DNA of 64,000 nt from Candidatus Latescibacterota bacterium (GCA_965203805.1 OZ241917.1:5664001-5728000); one strand, 5' to 3'. Counted from the first letter of the stretch, positions 1 through 9,990 are shown. Program-made: numbers and translations. The notes: generated by a model not told the origin, from the letters alone.

Positions 1-439
1 TCAGGTCGTTCTTCTGTCGGACGAAGATGAAGTTCCTGTCGGGTTCATCGTCCCGATAAATGGACGCAGGTAATTTGCTCTCAACGTCTTCCGGACTCTC
101 ATTTGTGAAAATAAACACCGGAACCAGGTAATTCTTCGCCTGTTCAAGGAACTCGATGTTTTTCTTGATCCCCTCTTCTTCCAATTGCGAGGAACCACTG
201 TTCCAAAGCTTCCAATCCAGCAGAATAAAACTGGCGGCCTGCAATAGATTGGGCCATGTATCACAAGACGGCATCGCTGAGGTTTTGTAGAACGGCAGAT
301 TCCATTCCCTTTCGATTCCGTCCACAATCGCGAATATCAGATCGTTCCTTGTGTCGTCTCCTCCCTGGTCGGATGCGGTGTCTTTGAACGCGTCGTCAAT
401 AACAACGGCGATTCCAGACAGAAGTTTCTTCAGGTCCAT
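1..439 (-). CDS. response-regulator receiver-like protein (partial, runs off window)
   Basis: Manual translation from ATG 439 (TGATG overlap with the kinase stop): MDLKKLLSGIAVVIDDAFKD...SFILLDWKLW...VPVFIFTNE...RQKNDL, open to base 1. Receiver hallmarks are present: acidic pair DD, phosphoacceptor D, conserved T and K. Confidence 0.8.
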   Translation of the reverse strand, partial: MDLKKLLSGIAVVIDDAFKDTASDQGGDDTRNDLIFAIVDGIEREWNLPFYKTSAMPSCDTWPNLLQAASFILLDWKLWNSGSSQLEEEGIKKNIEFLEQAKNYLVPVFIFTNESPEDVESKLPASIYRDDEPDRNFIFVRQKNDL

Positions 440-2640
440 CAGGCATTCTCCTTCACGAAGCTTACCGCGAAGTTGGCGCCAGGGAGGACCCGTCGGTCGT
501 GTTCCGCAACCGTAATACTGTAATCGTGTCGATCAAGGAGCTGGCGGGCAATGTACAGACCTAAGCCTCTCCCCTCCTGTCCCTTGCCGGAATAAAACGG
601 CTCGAAGATATATGGCAGGTCGTCTGGGTCGATGCCGGGGCCGGTGTCCGAGAATACCAATTCTCCCTGTTCTCCGTCCAGGATGACGTTAATTTCTCGT
701 TTATTCGTGTCGACCGTGTCGAGCCAATAAGCAGCGTTATCGAACAGGTTGATGAGAACCTGCATTACAACGCCATCGTTCGTGTTCGCCGTCAAAGGCG
801 AGGCGCCCCGCTTGACCTTGTGGTATCGAATGTTTCTCTCTTCTAGCAGCGCCGCGTAGATCTGGTATATCTTGTCCAACACAGGCTCTACTTTAAGGAC
901 CTTTCGCCGCCGCCGTGAGGCCTTGAACAAACTCTGAACGTCTCGCATCCCTTCAGAAACCTGCTGCAGTACTCCAACCAGCATGTCCGCCTGCTTCTGA
1001 ATGTCCTCATCGTCCGACGATCGTGCCGAACGTGCAAGCTCGCGACCGATCTCGTTTGCCCGGCCCATCAGGAGCATGATGTCGTGGGAGGCCATTTCCA
1101 CGGACAGGCCAACTCCTGCCAGGTCTTCCGTGTTTTCCGCACGTTGCGACAGATACTCTTTCTCGCGTTTATAATCAATTTCGATCTTCGCTACTTCACT
1201 GGCGCGGGACTCATCGCCTGACTGCTTAAGGTTCTCCCTCAATTCCGCCAGATGCTGTGTTACAAGGTCGTCTCTCATCGATCGGGCCGAGTTGCGCTGC
1301 ATCTGCATCTCTCGATATCGTGCGAAGGGATACTGTTTTATGTAAGACAGGAAGGTTTGTACCAGGAAAATGAGATCATCTGCTGCGCCGCCGGTTTCGA
1401 TTAACCCCTCACGGTTGGTCTTGTCCCGAAGTTCCGGGTTGCCTTTTTGAGTGATGTCGATCCAGCCGATAATCTGGTCGTTGCTGAAAAAGTCTCCTGC
1501 TCGCCCTGTTCCACGAGTCACGTCGATACTTAACCAGTCGTCGTCCGGGTCACCGTACGGATAAACCCGCATCTTGTCGCGGTACAGATAGATCCGATGA
1601 GCCTTTAACAGATCCTTATCCACTTGCCTTAATACATGTTTCCCGCTAATTTTTCGCGAAAAATCAAAGATGTAGAAGTTGAATCTGAAATCCCCGCAAC
1701 GATATTGCTGATTCATGGGCGCGAGAGTGCCTGTTCGCGAAAAGCGTCTCCTCCACACCCACAGGCCCTTGATCTTGGGATCGCAAAGACTGATTTCTTC
1801 CTTTCCGGCATGTGTCTCAAATGCGAATACGTTCGTGCTGGAAACATAGCAACCCCGGATATGTAAGACAGGCTTATCTTCTATGAGGGCGTTTATTGTC
1901 TCTGTCTGTTCTGCTTTGACCGACCGGCGTTCGCCGTTACATGAAATGGCGATTTCGATCCGGTCATCTGCACTATGGCCCGTGATTCGTGATACCGGAT
2001 CGGTCAAGTTGGAAACGTCACGACATAGTTTCTTAATAATCTCGTCGTCCCAGTCGCCCTTTAGTGATTGAATCTCTATCAGGGTACCATGTTTCGATCC
2101 GGGGAATTTGAAAGGTGTAGACTGCCGACAGTTAATTTCAATTTCGTCCAGAAAAATGTCCCTCTCCTGTCCGTTCTCAGACACGAAATCATCGTCGAAC
2201 CGGTTAAAGTCGAAATCCACTACGGTTTCAAGTTCATCTTTGGGAGTTCGGGTTGTTACCGTAATCACTCTTCCCAACTTCAAGACCGCAAATCGCCCAA
2301 TGCCCTTTTCTCCTTGTATGACCCTATTCTTATGCGGTGTTCTTCCTCTTCCGCGCCGCTTTTCCATATGCTTTTGAGGTGCAGCCGGATTCATCCACCT
2401 GGAGCGCACCGTATCAAGCGACATCCCCGTGCCGTCGTCAAGTATCACGATTCGAGACTGCTCATTTTGAGTCATATCCAGGTTAAACTGCTCGAATCGT
2501 AATTCGACCCTGTTGGCATCGGCGTCATATGCGTTCTTGATCAATTCGACCAGCGCAATTCTCTCGTTCTTTATCAGCTGGTCGCCCAGCATGGTCAACA
2601 AACGGGCGTATGGCCGTAGCGACAGTGCTTGGGACTTCAT
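439..2640 (-). CDS. MORC/MutL-type GHKL ATPase fused to histidine kinase
   Basis: N-terminal GHKL motifs ELIKNAYDA, DDGTGM, GEKGIGRF; coiled coil; H-box EMASHDI; second HATPase with NLFDNA, DTGPG, IFEPFYS, GRGLGL. Confidence 0.9.
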   Translation of the reverse strand: MKSQALSLRPYARLLTMLGDQLIKNERIALVELIKNAYDADANRVELRFEQFNLDMTQNEQSRIVILDDGTGMSLDTVRSRWMNPAAPQKHMEKRRGRGRTPHKNRVIQGEKGIGRFAVLKLGRVITVTTRTPKDELETVVDFDFNRFDDDFVSENGQERDIFLDEIEINCRQSTPFKFPGSKHGTLIEIQSLKGDWDDEIIKKLCRDVSNLTDPVSRITGHSADDRIEIAISCNGERRSVKAEQTETINALIEDKPVLHIRGCYVSSTNVFAFETHAGKEEISLCDPKIKGLWVWRRRFSRTGTLAPMNQQYRCGDFRFNFYIFDFSRKISGKHVLRQVDKDLLKAHRIYLYRDKMRVYPYGDPDDDWLSIDVTRGTGRAGDFFSNDQIIGWIDITQKGNPELRDKTNREGLIETGGAADDLIFLVQTFLSYIKQYPFARYREMQMQRNSARSMRDDLVTQHLAELRENLKQSGDESRASEVAKIEIDYKREKEYLSQRAENTEDLAGVGLSVEMASHDIMLLMGRANEIGRELARSARSSDDEDIQKQADMLVGVLQQVSEGMRDVQSLFKASRRRRKVLKVEPVLDKIYQIYAALLEERNIRYHKVKRGASPLTANTNDGVVMQVLINLFDNAAYWLDTVDTNKREINVILDGEQGELVFSDTGPGIDPDDLPYIFEPFYSGKGQEGRGLGLYIARQLLDRHDYSITVAEHDRRVLPGANFAVSFVKENA

Positions 2641-3890
2641 TGCATTCTCCCGATGACGACGAATTCTTTACTGTATACCTGACGTTGTGTTGAATCACGT
2701 GTAAACCGACCATGTTTGTCACGGTATGGAGTCATGGTCTTCAACGAAACTTTCCTAGGAATTGTCTTTACGCTGCTAAATCCAGCACGATCCAGGCAAT
2801 TCTCCAAGTGGCGCGCGTTGTCGATTTCAATGCCTTTGTATTGCGTATTCCCAATTACGAATATCGCCATCCCATTTTCATTCAGCATACGCCCACATTT
2901 GGCTACAGCTCTGTCTATGTCAACAAAATAACGAGCGACGGAATACGCGTTGCTTCGATCTATGTTGAGCAGAGATTTATAGGTTTTCATTGGCGACAAG
3001 CCAAGCTGTTCGATGTCGGCGAGGTTGGGCTCCTCAACACTGTACCGTTTGCCAAGCATATTCTTCCGTAAGGTTCGGTAGTCGGATGTGTAACCGAGCC
3101 AGAGTGCTGAAAGTTGATGGATGCTCGCGTAGTCATAGGACGTAACGTACGGCGGACTGGTGACGATTAGGTCCGCTCGGTGCTCGGGCACTATAGTTGC
3201 AAGAAAGTTCCGCCTACGAATTTCAACCCTCGTATTGGGGAATGGAAATCGGTTTTTCCTATTTGCTTTCCGCATCAGCGAAAACTGATTCTCGAATGCG
3301 TCCATTACCCCCTGCGGCGACTTTTCCGGATCGAGTTGGGCCTTTATAGACTTCGTTAGCCATCGAGACGTCGGCTTTAATATGTTCGAAAATGCGCAGA
3401 GAAAGAACCTTCTGTGTGGACTGCCGGGCGGTGTGTGTTGTCGGATGGCCTCGTCAAGTCGGATAAGGTTCCTTATGCTATCCTCATCGAACCAGTATCG
3501 AATCCGTTCGGAAATGCGTTTCTGTCCGTCCTCGCTGGGTTCGGTGCGGTCATATTCCTCCTTGATGGCCTCGAAGTTTCGCACCAGAACGGAATCGTAG
3601 TAATGGTGCGTCTTGACTCGCGCGATCAACGTCGCGACGGGGTTAATGTCACATCCCCAGAAATTCTTTCCATTCCTCTTTGCTTCAACCGCGGTTGTCC
3701 CACATCCACAGAATACGTCAGCAACGATTTTTACCGTTACGCCCTCCTGTGCGGCGTAACTCAGGGCTTTGGTCGTGATGAATGCGGGAAATTTCGCAGG
3801 ATAGCTATGAATTCTATGAATGGGATCTTCTTTCTTGTCACCAAAGTCCCAATATGATTCGGAATTGTCAGAACTACCCATTGTTTTCAC
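2637..3890 (-). CDS. DNA amino-methyltransferase (probably N4-cytosine, alpha-type motif order)
   Basis: IHSYPAKF; SAM-binding DVFCGCGTT near the N-terminus; catalytic TSPPY; ATGA overlap with the kinase. Alternative start ATG 3881. Confidence 0.9.
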   Translation of the reverse strand: MKTMGSSDNSESYWDFGDKKEDPIHRIHSYPAKFPAFITTKALSYAAQEGVTVKIVADVFCGCGTTAVEAKRNGKNFWGCDINPVATLIARVKTHHYYDSVLVRNFEAIKEEYDRTEPSEDGQKRISERIRYWFDEDSIRNLIRLDEAIRQHTPPGSPHRRFFLCAFSNILKPTSRWLTKSIKAQLDPEKSPQGVMDAFENQFSLMRKANRKNRFPFPNTRVEIRRRNFLATIVPEHRADLIVTSPPYVTSYDYASIHQLSALWLGYTSDYRTLRKNMLGKRYSVEEPNLADIEQLGLSPMKTYKSLLNIDRSNAYSVARYFVDIDRAVAKCGRMLNENGMAIFVIGNTQYKGIEIDNARHLENCLDRAGFSSVKTIPRKVSLKTMTPYRDKHGRFTRDSTQRQVYSKEFVVIGRMQ

Positions 3891-4135
3891 CGTATTCCGG
3901 TTTCCGCGAAATGCTGATGCGTGATGATTTTCGATGTCAAATCATGATAGATGTGCCATTAATATACGCGCGTTTTGGACTTTCCGTCAAGACGAGACTA
4001 TGCAGTTGGACTACGGAGCCACCATGAGACGACCGAATTCAATCAGTGTTGTGCAGGTTGGAGTCTTGCCGTAAGACGACGACGCACAATGCGTTCATGG
4101 TTGTTCATGCTGCCAGCTAACGCAAAGGCGGTGCG

Positions 4136-4250
4136 ATCCCCCCACCGCATAAGCCTTCGCCAGCCCTTCGACAAGCTCAGGGATCGGCTCGGCTTCTGCC
4201 TGCCTGTCCTGCGGACGCAGGCAGGCGACTCCCCCTCAAGGGGGGGTGAT
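4136..4250. repeat. composite nested REP-like palindromic element
   Basis: Outer end CTCCCCCTCAAGGGGGGGTGAT; internal CCCTTCGACAAGCTCAGGG and CCTGCCTG...GCAGGCAGG hairpins. Confidence 0.6.
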
Positions 4251-4423
4251 CGACCGTTGAAAAGGCGCGCGCATTCACTTGCACCCATTTTGTCGCGGCT
4301 GAGCAAAGCGAAACCGCGCTACGAAGACCCTGCACGTGTTGATTTGATGTCTGCTGAATGCCGTAGCGATTGTGGGCACTCTGGACGGAAGCGAAACAAC
4401 CCAAGGGACGATCTTCGGTGACA

Positions 4424-6226
4424 CTACCGATACCATCGAGCCTGATTCCGGTACAGTTCAGCGTACTGACCGTTCATCGCCAGGAGTTCCCTATGACTCC
4501 CTTCCTCGATACACCGGCCTTGCTGTAACAGCAGTATTCTGTCGGCGAGTCTGCAGGATCCGAGGCGATGGGAGATTAGGATGACGGTGCGTTTTTCAGC
4601 AATCCGGGCAAAGTGAGTGTATACATCGGCCTCCGCCTTTGCGTCGAGTGCGGAGGCCGGCTCATCGAGAATCAGGATTTCTGCCGGGCGCATATATGCC
4701 CGGGCTATTGCAAGCTTCTGCCACTGGCCGATGGAGAGTTCGCTGCCACGTTGATAGGTCTTGCCGAGCGGGGTTTCCAACCCATGAGGCAGGGTTTCAA
4801 CCACTTGATAAGCACCGCTCTTCGCCGCCGCGTCTTCAACCGCGCCTGCTTGCGCCTCCATCCAACCGCAGGCTATATTCTCCCGCGCTGTGAGTTCATA
4901 CCGGTTGTAATCCTGAAACACGACACCCGTGCGCCGGAGCCATTCGACGGGAGGGACTTCCCGGAGATCCACCCCATCTACCAGAATTCGCCCGTTGGTC
5001 GGAACGAATAGACCCAGAATCAGCTTGACGAGTGTGCTCTTGCCGGCCCCGTTCTCACCGACGACTGCAATGCGTTCGCCCGGCCGAATGTTGAGGTTGA
5101 GGTCTGAAAGCGACGGAAGATGACTTTCCGGATAGATGAACGAGACGTCCTCAAGGGCGATTCCCTTCTGCAATGTTGCCGACGTACTGCGACTCCCGGG
5201 TGACGCGGCCGACGGCCGATCAACAAACTCGAAATAGTCCTGCACGTAGCGCAGGTCATCGTAAATGATCGATGCGCCCCAGACGAGACTGCGGTAGTGG
5301 CTCTGAAGTTGCTCGATCGCATAAAAGAAGGCGGCATACGCTCCGATTGTCGCGCGACCTGCAAAGAGGAGTCCGAGACTGAATGTCACCGCTGCGATAT
5401 AGGTTACAGTGTTCAGACCATCAGATACGAGTCCGAGCTTCGCCTCTTTCTTCGCAAGGCGCATTCGCCTTCGGGAAAGCTTTTCCCACAACGCATCGGC
5501 ACGGTTGATGAGCCAGGCGCCGAAGGCGAACATCCGGACTTCGGCCGCTGCTTCGCGACCCGACAATATCTTTTGGTAGATTTCAAACTTTCGCTCGTCG
5601 GGCGTAAGGTCTCGGACGGTACGATAACGCGCCTTGTTGACGCGTTCGCGAAGGAATACACCGGGACTCGTTCCAATGATCAGGATAAGTGGCAGCACCC
5701 AGTGGAAACTTGCCAGGTAAGACAGGAGGGACACAAGAGCTACGACGTCGCTCACGCTTCGCCACATAAAAGTCAGTGTGCTGAATAGCCGCCGCTCAAT
5801 GCCGCGCCGCGCGCGTTGCAGTTTGTCGTGAAATGCCGCCGTTTCCAGTTGCGCAAGGGGAAGTGCCTGGGCCTTTCGATAGCATTGCTCCTCAATATGG
5901 CCGCGGAGTCCCTCTTGAAAGTGGTTGGCCCTGGTATCGGAGATCAGGCCTATTCCATATCCAGCCAGGTTTAATCCAACAAGTGCTACCGCCCAAAGGA
6001 TGGCCTCGGAAAATTGGATCTCGCTCCGTACTACAGCCGCCGCGGCATCGATGAACTTACACAAGAGATATACTTGAGCAGCGGTGACCAACCCCCTTGA
6101 ACCGTTCAGCACAAGCAGGCTTATCGCCACACTGCAATCGAACGCGAAAATCGTCCGAATGAGGCGTCGTAATGAAGAAAGACGTCCTGGATTCCAGCTT
6201 CCCGGTCCGATCGCGCGCCCATTCAT
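4424..6226 (-). CDS. ABC exporter, fused TMD-NBD
   Basis: TM helices, Walker A GENGAGKST, signature LSIGQWQK, Walker B ILILDEP; TGATG-coupled to the upstream gene. Confidence 0.9.
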   Translation of the reverse strand: MNGRAIGPGSWNPGRLSSLRRLIRTIFAFDCSVAISLLVLNGSRGLVTAAQVYLLCKFIDAAAAVVRSEIQFSEAILWAVALVGLNLAGYGIGLISDTRANHFQEGLRGHIEEQCYRKAQALPLAQLETAAFHDKLQRARRGIERRLFSTLTFMWRSVSDVVALVSLLSYLASFHWVLPLILIIGTSPGVFLRERVNKARYRTVRDLTPDERKFEIYQKILSGREAAAEVRMFAFGAWLINRADALWEKLSRRRMRLAKKEAKLGLVSDGLNTVTYIAAVTFSLGLLFAGRATIGAYAAFFYAIEQLQSHYRSLVWGASIIYDDLRYVQDYFEFVDRPSAASPGSRSTSATLQKGIALEDVSFIYPESHLPSLSDLNLNIRPGERIAVVGENGAGKSTLVKLILGLFVPTNGRILVDGVDLREVPPVEWLRRTGVVFQDYNRYELTARENIACGWMEAQAGAVEDAAAKSGAYQVVETLPHGLETPLGKTYQRGSELSIGQWQKLAIARAYMRPAEILILDEPASALDAKAEADVYTHFARIAEKRTVILISHRLGSCRLADRILLLQQGRCIEEGSHRELLAMNGQYAELYRNQARWYR

Positions 6227-8094
6227 CAAACGTCACCTCCATCTTCCCGGGTGTACCAACCCGCCTGGAGGCGGTACATCCGAGCGTATTCGCCGTCAGC
6301 CTCGAGCAGTGTCTGGTGTGACCCCTCCTCCACAAGGCGACCTTCCTTCAGAACGAGAATTCGGTTGGCGAGGCGGGCCGATCCCAATCGGTGCGAAATG
6401 AAGACGGTACATCTCCCGCTGACTGCGGATCCGAAAACCCGATACACTTGCACCTCGGCCTTGGGGTCCAACGCCGAAGTGGGCTCATCCAGGACGACGA
6501 CTTCGCAGTTTTTTCGAATGAATGCCCTGGCCATCGCCAATCGTTGCCATTGGCCTGTCGAGAGTTCGACCCCGCCGTCGAATTCCTTGCTCAATACGGA
6601 CCGGAACCTCAAAGGCAGTTCGTTTACAAAGTCATAGGCGCCACTGCTTTGCGCTGCGTTGACGATCTCGGAAGATACGGCCCCGCCCTGGTCTCCCTCG
6701 TTCAGCAACGAAATCCGCCCGAATCCGATGTTTTCATAAACCGTAAGTTCATAACGCACGAAATCCTGAAACACGGCAGTCGCCATCAGACGCCATGCCG
6801 GCAAATCCATCTCGGAGAGATCGACACCGTCAACTGTAATCCGGCCCCGTGTCGGCAGGTACAATCCGAGCAGCAATCGGGCGACCGTGCTCTTGCCCGC
6901 GCCGTTTTCACCTACGAGTGCTACCCGTTCTCCTGGCGATAGTGTCAAATTGAGATCGGTGATCGCAGGGCGGACCGAACCCGGGTAGGCAAAACTCACA
7001 CCGTGAAATCGGATACTGTGTTGCACGGAACGCGGTGGCTGCAGTTTGTTTCGAGGTTTCGCACTCTCGTCGGCCAATTCGAGAAACTCGCGCAGGTGGC
7101 GCAGTTGGATGAGGTGCTGAGCCAGTTGAGAAACACCAAATGAAGCCGACTGTGCCAATTCGCGAAAGCGAACGATGCCGTAGAGCAAAGCCACCATGGT
7201 TCCCACACTTATGGTTCCCCGCGCAGCCACGATCACGAGCGCCAGGCTGTTCGTCCAAATAATGATATCGTGTGCGCATGCGCTTAACAGTTGAACGAAG
7301 GCCAGCCGAAAGCGGGCATTTTTGATGACAGCGACGTAGCGTTCAAAGGCGCGCCGCCAGTACCCCAGCAAATATTCGCCCAACTGATACGCCCGGATTT
7401 CGGCGGCAGCGCGACGGCTTGAGAGAAGCGCCCCCCAATAGTCGATTTCCTGCCGTTGAGGTGAGCTCTTGTAGTTGACATCAATGAACTGAGCCACGTG
7501 CCTCGCGCCTATGACGGTGTTGACGATCATCGTCATAACCAGTACAACGGCCAGCGCCCAGTGGGCGTCAACAAAAAGCACCAGCAAGCCCGCGGCGCCG
7601 ACCGCAATCGATATCAAAGAACCGAACTCATTCAAGACGTCTGCGAGATGTGGTCCGATGGCACGTTTACCCGTTTCCAGCTTGTCATAGTACGCACGGC
7701 CGTCAAAGGCGCTCAGTGGTACCGAGACCGACTTGCTGACGACGTCACGTTGCATTTCGCCACCGACCCGCTGATAAATCGCGGAAGCGAGATATCTGGA
7801 GTATTCCGCGTTGACGTTCCGGATGAGCAGAGCAACTGAGAAGGCTGCAAGCCACGGGACGACGTCTGGCCACCCGACAGTCGGACTGTCGCTCACAACG
7901 TCGACAAGCCCTTTCATCCCCCACACAACGACCGGCGTAGCGACTCCGGATATCAGGCTTACCAGAGTGAGCAGCGTCGCCTCGAGGAGGGCGTGACGCC
8001 TGAGCAACCTGATCAGATATCCAAGACCGCCGAATCTGATCCGAAGCCGCGCCAGGCGAGTGGCTCCACGGCGATCAGTGCTGGAATCAACCAT
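6226..8094 (-). CDS. ABC exporter, fused TMD-NBD
   Basis: TM helices, GENGAGKST, LSTGQWQR, VVVLDEPT; RBS-like GGAG upstream. Confidence 0.9.
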   Translation of the reverse strand: MVDSSTDRRGATRLARLRIRFGGLGYLIRLLRRHALLEATLLTLVSLISGVATPVVVWGMKGLVDVVSDSPTVGWPDVVPWLAAFSVALLIRNVNAEYSRYLASAIYQRVGGEMQRDVVSKSVSVPLSAFDGRAYYDKLETGKRAIGPHLADVLNEFGSLISIAVGAAGLLVLFVDAHWALAVVLVMTMIVNTVIGARHVAQFIDVNYKSSPQRQEIDYWGALLSSRRAAAEIRAYQLGEYLLGYWRRAFERYVAVIKNARFRLAFVQLLSACAHDIIIWTNSLALVIVAARGTISVGTMVALLYGIVRFRELAQSASFGVSQLAQHLIQLRHLREFLELADESAKPRNKLQPPRSVQHSIRFHGVSFAYPGSVRPAITDLNLTLSPGERVALVGENGAGKSTVARLLLGLYLPTRGRITVDGVDLSEMDLPAWRLMATAVFQDFVRYELTVYENIGFGRISLLNEGDQGGAVSSEIVNAAQSSGAYDFVNELPLRFRSVLSKEFDGGVELSTGQWQRLAMARAFIRKNCEVVVLDEPTSALDPKAEVQVYRVFGSAVSGRCTVFISHRLGSARLANRILVLKEGRLVEEGSHQTLLEADGEYARMYRLQAGWYTREDGGDV

Positions 8095-8355
8095 ACCGAT
8101 GCTCTCCAGTGTCGGCGAACCATTCTACCAGTACCTGTGAAACGGAAATCTACTTTACTCGGCAGTACCTGGATCCCATGGGGACGAACTCGGGCGAGCC
8201 CGAAGGTCGCGGTTCGGATACGGGTACGTCGAGTCAGCTTGGAAGCGACTTCAGATTGGTTTCAGCTGGTGATGGAGTACGGAGACAGGAAGAGGGTAAG
8301 GGCAGGCTGGTGGAGAACGCAACGTTTTAATAATAAACGGAATGCGCGAAAAAAC

Positions 8356-8430
8356 TGGTGACCCCGAGGGGAGTCGAACCCCCGTTGCCGGGTTGAAAAC
8401 CCGGTGTCCTAACCACTGAACGACGGGGTC
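8356..8430 (-). tRNA. tRNA-Glu (TTC)
   Basis: Cloverleaf GACCCCG...CGGGGTCACCA; anticodon arm CCGGG-TTTTCAA-CCCGG; T-loop GTTCGAC. Confidence 0.95.
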
Positions 8431-8664
8431 ACCCGAATCGAAGGTCGGAATTTATAGAAATCCCCTTTCGCTGTCAAGTTAATCGTTGCGAACGCAGGGG
8501 ATCTGCGAGCAGTTGTCTTCGCTGGAATACGCTTGACATTTCCGGTTGGTTTTTGTTTATTCAAAGGTGCTTGAATTCGGCACTTTTCCGTTATGGAATC
8601 GACGATTTCACGCGATCCGAAAACAGGGAACAAGCGTCAAGTGAACCGTCTGATATCTTCAGGT

Positions 8665-8741
8665 GGGCGATTAGCTCAGCTGGTTAGAGCGCTGGTTTCA
8701 CATACCAGAGGTCACTGGTTCGAGTCCAGTATCGCCCACCA
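8665..8741 (+). tRNA. tRNA-Val (CAC)
   Basis: GGGCGAT...ATCGCCCACCA; anticodon arm CTGGT-TTCACAT-ACCAG; GGTTCGAG T-loop. Confidence 0.95.
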
Positions 8742-8852
8742 TGATCCGATAAGCGAGGTGGTCCGGGCCTGTCCACGAGTGGATCGGGACGGCCGGCAAT
8801 CGTCAGGGTGCATTCAATAAATGAATGCGCCCTGTTTTTTTGGAGACCGCGT

Positions 8853-9566
8853 ATGAAAGAAAGCCTGCTTAGACTTTTGAACCTGCAGCACATCGATACC
8901 GAATTGGACAAACTCAAAAAGGTGCAGTCAGATTTCCCTGAAGCGATCGCGGAACTTCGCGCAAAGCTGGAAACCGCGAAACAGGCGGTGGACGACAAGA
9001 AGCAGCAGGCTGCCGACCTGGAAAAAAACCGCCGTCATCTGGAGGGCGAGCTGGAGACCATACAGGCTGATCTGAAGAAACACCAGGATCGACTGATGGA
9101 AGTGAAGACAAACCGGGAATACGATGCGCTCCAGATTGAAATCGAAGTACTGAGGACCCGCGCCGACGAGAGTGAGACCATGATCCTCGAGAGCATCGAG
9201 CAACACGACGACCTGAAGACAATGCTCGAGGAAGAAGAAAGCGCATACAAGGCGCTTGAAGCCGATTATCTCGGTCAGATAAAGGATCTCCAGGGTCGCC
9301 TGGACCTGGTGGACGGCGAGGCCAGCGGATGGCGAAAAAAACGATCGGTTGCCGAAGAATCGGTGGACAGACCGGTGCTGTCCAATTACAACCGGATCCG
9401 CAGCGTTGTGAGGGACGGCGTTGCCGTGGTGCCGATCGGCAAGGGTTCCTGCGGCGGCTGCTTCAGACAACTGCCACCGCAGCTTCACGTGGAAGTCAGG
9501 CGCCAGGACAGGATCATCCGTTGCGAGAACTGCGGCCGGATGCTGGTGTGGAGGGAAGAAGGCTGA
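8853..9566 (+). CDS. coiled-coil C4 zinc-ribbon protein (DUF164/CT398-like)
   Basis: Long coiled coil plus CGGC...CENC; usual position upstream of rnhA/rnpB; GGAG RBS before ATG 8853. Confidence 0.88.
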   Translation: MKESLLRLLNLQHIDTELDKLKKVQSDFPEAIAELRAKLETAKQAVDDKKQQAADLEKNRRHLEGELETIQADLKKHQDRLMEVKTNREYDALQIEIEVLRTRADESETMILESIEQHDDLKTMLEEEESAYKALEADYLGQIKDLQGRLDLVDGEASGWRKKRSVAEESVDRPVLSNYNRIRSVVRDGVAVVPIGKGSCGGCFRQLPPQLHVEVRRQDRIIRCENCGRMLVWREEG

Positions 9567-9567
9567 C

Positions 9568-9990
9568 ATGGCGGACAACGAGACAGTAACACTCTACGTG
9601 GACGGCGCGGCGAAGGGCAATCCCGGTCCCGCGGGCATCGGCGTCCGGGTCGAACTCAAGGGCGTGGTTCTGTCTGAACATTCGGAATTCATCGGCGAAG
9701 CCACCAACAACGTCGCAGAGTACAAGGCGCTCATTTACGGGCTGGAAATCGTCCGAAGGCTGCGCGTGACACGTGTCAACGTCTTATCGGACAGTGAATT
9801 GATGGTCAGGCAGTTGAACGGAAAATACAAGGTCAAGAACTCGAAACTGTTACCGTTGTACGATTTTGTCGTTGACATTGTCAGTTCGATGGACGGATTT
9901 ACGATCCGACACGTTTCGCGTTCGGAAAACCGGCACGCCGACCGCCTGGCCAATAAGGGAATATCGGAGGCCCAGAATCGCAATTCGTGA
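9568..9990 (+). CDS. rnhA: ribonuclease HI
   Basis: YVDGAAKGNPGPAG, TNNVAEY, SDSELMV, NRHADRLAN. Confidence 0.92.
   Translation: MADNETVTLYVDGAAKGNPGPAGIGVRVELKGVVLSEHSEFIGEATNNVAEYKALIYGLEIVRRLRVTRVNVLSDSELMVRQLNGKYKVKNSKLLPLYDFVVDIVSSMDGFTIRHVSRSENRHADRLANKGISEAQNRNS

Larger units (their letters stand above)
1..8355. mobile_element. putative genomic island abutting the 3' end of tRNA-Glu (left boundary outside window)
   Basis: Accessory/defence-type cargo, visibly lower GC than the core genes to the right, and directly downstream of a tRNA 3' end. No integrase or att duplicate in the window. Confidence 0.45.

Noticed and set aside
1-327. 108-aa ORF in the supplied track
   Set aside because: Wrong frame; the frame starting at ATG 439 encodes a receiver domain and is coupled to the kinase.
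8095-8355. RiPP precursor for the ABC exporters (including the 8109-8330 ORF)
   Set aside because: No convincing RBS or leader/core pattern; the region reads as promoter/att flank.
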